Assembly: GCA_001938485.1 (NCBI GenBank)
Contig: MQRK01215110.1
Span: forward strand, 1-55,611
DNA from: Girardia tigrina
Lineage: Eukaryota
DNA: 55,611 nt
Direction: 5' to 3'
The position numbers and the translations under genes are program-made. Position 1 is the stretch's first letter. Every line of letters starts with the position of its first letter. The notes under the pieces are model-generated. The model was not told where the DNA came from. It did not search any database and was given only the letters and a program-made list of their open reading frames with translations. Shown here piece after piece: positions 52,501 to 55,611 of this stretch.

Positions 52501-53079
52501 GCTGAGGAAAATTACTATATAAACAAATCAAATCTAGTTTTAGTTTGCCCAAAAATACTTGCAAGAAATCTAACTAAGAGGAGTCGTGTTAACAAGTAAC
52601 GTGAAAGCTTATTTTATTTTTTCATTTTATTCTTTTAAAAAATATTGTTAAACCATAAGTACCCGTATGGGAGAAGAAGGTTTAACTTAAAATCTTTGAG
52701 TTTTAATCAAATTATCGTTCGACTTTGGAGATTCACAGTTTTTACTGTAATCTGTTAACTCGCACAAAATATTGATTGTGTTTGTATTCTGTCATCCAAA
52801 ATTGAATTATTATTATTATTATTGACTTGTTAATTTTGTTATTTGAAATAAAGTTTCATAAAAGAATTTGTGTTCATTATTCATATATTTATGTTGGAAG
52901 TCCCTTCTGATTAATTGGAGTCAGATCAAAGATTAAAAATTATTGATTAAGAATTATTGATTAAAGGTTATTGATAAAAGAATAAAAAAATAGAGATTTT
53001 CGATCAAAGATGAAGATTTAAGATTTGTGTTTAAAAAGTGAATATTGAGATTAAAGATAATTTTTAATAAAACCCAACA
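49596..53079 (+). mobile_element. Deleted second member of the Gag-Ubl-glycoprotein family
   Basis: Partial diverged LTR from 49596, ORF pieces homologous to 37900-38900, the same PPT block, and 3' LTR 52293-53079 (TGTTAGGG...ACCCAACA). Confidence 0.8.
50257..51280 (+). pseudogene. Tandem ubiquitin-like domain region
   Basis: LEIMINSCGREVTTVDLSPQSKVNDLR...FNNQVLEHDEYLIDYGILPSYINNVEV and IFLALNMPD...IKVKKLREKVKRILDNSGTIKLFYRNQELEDEDYVYDYGILDGEINQIQV. Confidence 0.7.
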
Positions 53080-53243
53080 ATTAGATTTTATTACTGGAAA
53101 TTTTTTGGTTGCTCTACATAAAATGTTTATATAAACTTTTCAATGGTTTTGTATAGTTTTCAATAGAGTTTATATTTATATTTTTGAGGACCCTTGAATT
53201 TAGAGGCCCATACAAAACGGCCCATTACCCCCTCTTCCAGGGC

Positions 53244-53286
<43 letters not shown>

Positions 53287-53646
53287 TTAAATCCAACAAG
53301 GACCAAAGGACCAATTGATACCTATTAGATTCAATTTCTACTCTATTAAAAATGATTGAAATAGTAAACAAATTTGATAAATTATTTAATTGAGTAATAT
53401 AACAAAGAATAACAGGTATAGAGGAAGTAACGTTTAATTAAGATTACTGTTAAAAGAAATAAAGTTTAGTAAATGATTAGGATAGTCCAATAGAAAAGAT
53501 TTACTTTTGTAGTTATTAAGAACACCAACATGGGTTTTCGAACTTTTATTTTCAATACAATTAGAATTGTCTTTTGGACAACTCTCAGCAAAGCTTTCGT
53601 AATTCGACATCGTTCTAAATTGATAAATTTTTTAAAACGTTTATTA

Positions 53647-54165
53647 AAATAAAACTTTGTTATTTTGGTTTTATTATCTTTTCTGTTATTCGAAATCAAT
53701 CGAAAGATTTGAATTCCTAAATGATGCACTAAAAATAGTTAAATAATATTATTAATAAAAAATTTTTTTTATAAAAACAACCACGTTTTTCAAGCATTAC
53801 CAATGCACTAAAAAGAGGAAACTAATTTTTTTTCTAGACATGTGAGAAATTTTATACCTAACCAAAAACGTGGGGCGCATTTCTGAATTACTGCTATTAG
53901 TAACTGCTATTTCCTCTTTACTGCTTTTTAGTAACAATCGATCATTTCTATGCCCCACGTTTTTNNNNNNNNNNNNNNNNNNNNNNNNNNNNNNNNNNNN
54001 NNNNNNNNNNNNNNTAATGCTTGAAAAACGTGGTTGTTTTTATAAAAAAATTTTTTTATTAATAATATTATTTAACTATTTTTAGTTATCATTTAGGAAT
54101 TCAAATCTTTCGATTGATTTCGAATAACAGAAAAGGTAATAAAACCAAAATAACAAAGTTTTATT
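53647..54165. repeat. Long inverted repeat (foldback/MITE-like)
   Basis: ~150-bp near-perfect arms at 53647-53799 and 54015-54165, with an inner pair AAAACGTGGGGC / GCCCCACGTTTT. Confidence 0.85.
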
Positions 54166-54479
54166 TCAAAATAATTTTTAAACCAAATTTTAATACTTCT
54201 ACCCTTAATTATCACTTGATTTTCACAATATTTGTTCAATTTATTAATTTTTTCCGTACATCCGTAAAGTAAATTTTTTAAAATATTGTATTGTCATCGG
54301 AAGCAAGCCTGTATAAAAAAAATCAGCTCAATTGGATGACCGAAAGTGGTCGAAAAATCAATCTCAAGATTTGTTCCAGACAGAAAAGAAGACAAACAGA
54401 CAGACAGACAGACAAGAAACCAAGCTAAGAAAAACGTGGTAAAAACAACATTAGACCATTAAACCATTAGAAAAACAGA

Positions 54480-55413
54480 AAAGAATATTTTGACTCAGTC
54501 CATCAACTAGGCCACTACGGAATCCATACCACATATAATATGCTACACTTAGAGGTTTGTTGGCCTGGTATGAGAAATGATATAAAAAATTGGGTTAAAG
54601 ATTGCAAAGAATGCAACCTAAATAAAATCACACAACACCCAAAACTAAAGAAAATCAATTTTGAAAGCTGCGATAAACTCGAAGTTATTCATTTAGATAT
54701 TGTCGGTCCACTTCCAACAAATAAGAACAAGAAATACCTAATAACTATAATTAATAGAAATACAGGATGGTTCGAAGTAACCCCAACAAAAGAAATAACA
54801 GTGGAAAAAATATCTAAAATCGTCGACGAACAATGGATTACGAGATACGGACCACCAAAGAAAATTATAACCGACCAAGGACCACAATTTGAATCAGAGA
54901 TTTTCAAAAAAACTATGCAAAAGAAACTCAATAACAAAAGCGAGAACAACAACTTACAACCCCCAGTGTAACGGCAAAATCGAAAGATTCCACCGAACTC
55001 TGAAAGAAACTTTAAATACTTTCTGCAACGATCAAAACTGGTTAGAAAATCTCAACAAAACATTGCTCGGTGTAAGACTGAAAACAAAAAGTAACTCAAC
55101 CGAATCACCACTCATGAAATTAACAGGCAAAAGCCATTTCAAAATAACCGACAAAGAAGAATCAACACCAATCTTCAAGGAAATCAAAACTACCGAAAAC
55201 ATCGAAGCCTACGTTAAAAAACCTTTCACAAGGAATTTCGAAAATAAATTCGAAGGACCTTATCTCGTCAAACTATTAACTAATAACACTGCACTTCTTG
55301 ATATCAATGGAAAAGACAAATACGTAAATTTAAGACGCATTAAACTAATCCAACAAAACAATAACAATCACTTTCCAGACACGAACAAACATGACAAAAA
55401 CAGCAAAAAATGA
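54480..55413 (+). pseudogene. Gypsy integrase (one frameshift)
   Basis: H..GHYG, WPGM, CKEC, IHLDIVGPLP, IITDQGPQFES, YNPQCNGKIERFHRTLK and KFEGPY. Confidence 0.93.
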
Positions 55414-55611
55414 CAACAAAATACAAGAGAACTACAACATTACAAACGAAAAGACTGATGACGACATTTTCAAAAATTTTACAGTATTAATCAGTGTAAG
55501 TAGCGTTTATGCCACTTTCATTATTATCACATTCTAAAGCCATAATTTAATACCACCAAAAATTTATTAATATAACAATTCACATTTCTAAAACAAATTT
55601 TCCTGTTAATT

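Noticed and set aside
53866-53962. AACGTGGGGC as a second tRNA-Lys PBS
   Set aside because: Lacks the TGGCGC start and an adjacent LTR end, and occurs as an inverted pair inside a foldback.

Overview
AT-rich eukaryotic (animal-like; flatworm-like by impression only) genomic window dominated by decayed transposons. It holds one apparently intact host gene, a single-exon rhodopsin-class GPCR (14019-14951, -). It also holds six mariner copies, hAT remnants and MITEs, many Ty3/Gypsy fragments and solo LTRs, a Penelope remnant and a 28S rDNA fragment. The most notable structure is a fully bounded LTR element (32762-41062, - strand) with TG..CA LTRs, a 4-bp TSD, a PBS and a PPT. Its coding region reads gag with three zinc knuckles, two tandem ubiquitin-like domains, an internal signal peptide and a chuvirus-like (class III fusion) glycoprotein. 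No protease, RT, RNase H or integrase is present. The glycoprotein's membrane anchor is replaced by a segment carrying an antisense fragment of host TOR kinase. A diverged second member (49596-53079) and a solo LTR (9869-10529) show that this is a family, and two of its insertions share the target aCTTAta. Also notable are a mariner carrying a captured C1-domain-like fragment and three GC-rich hairpins in AAT/ATT low-complexity DNA. All homology calls are by eye from remembered motifs; no searches were run.
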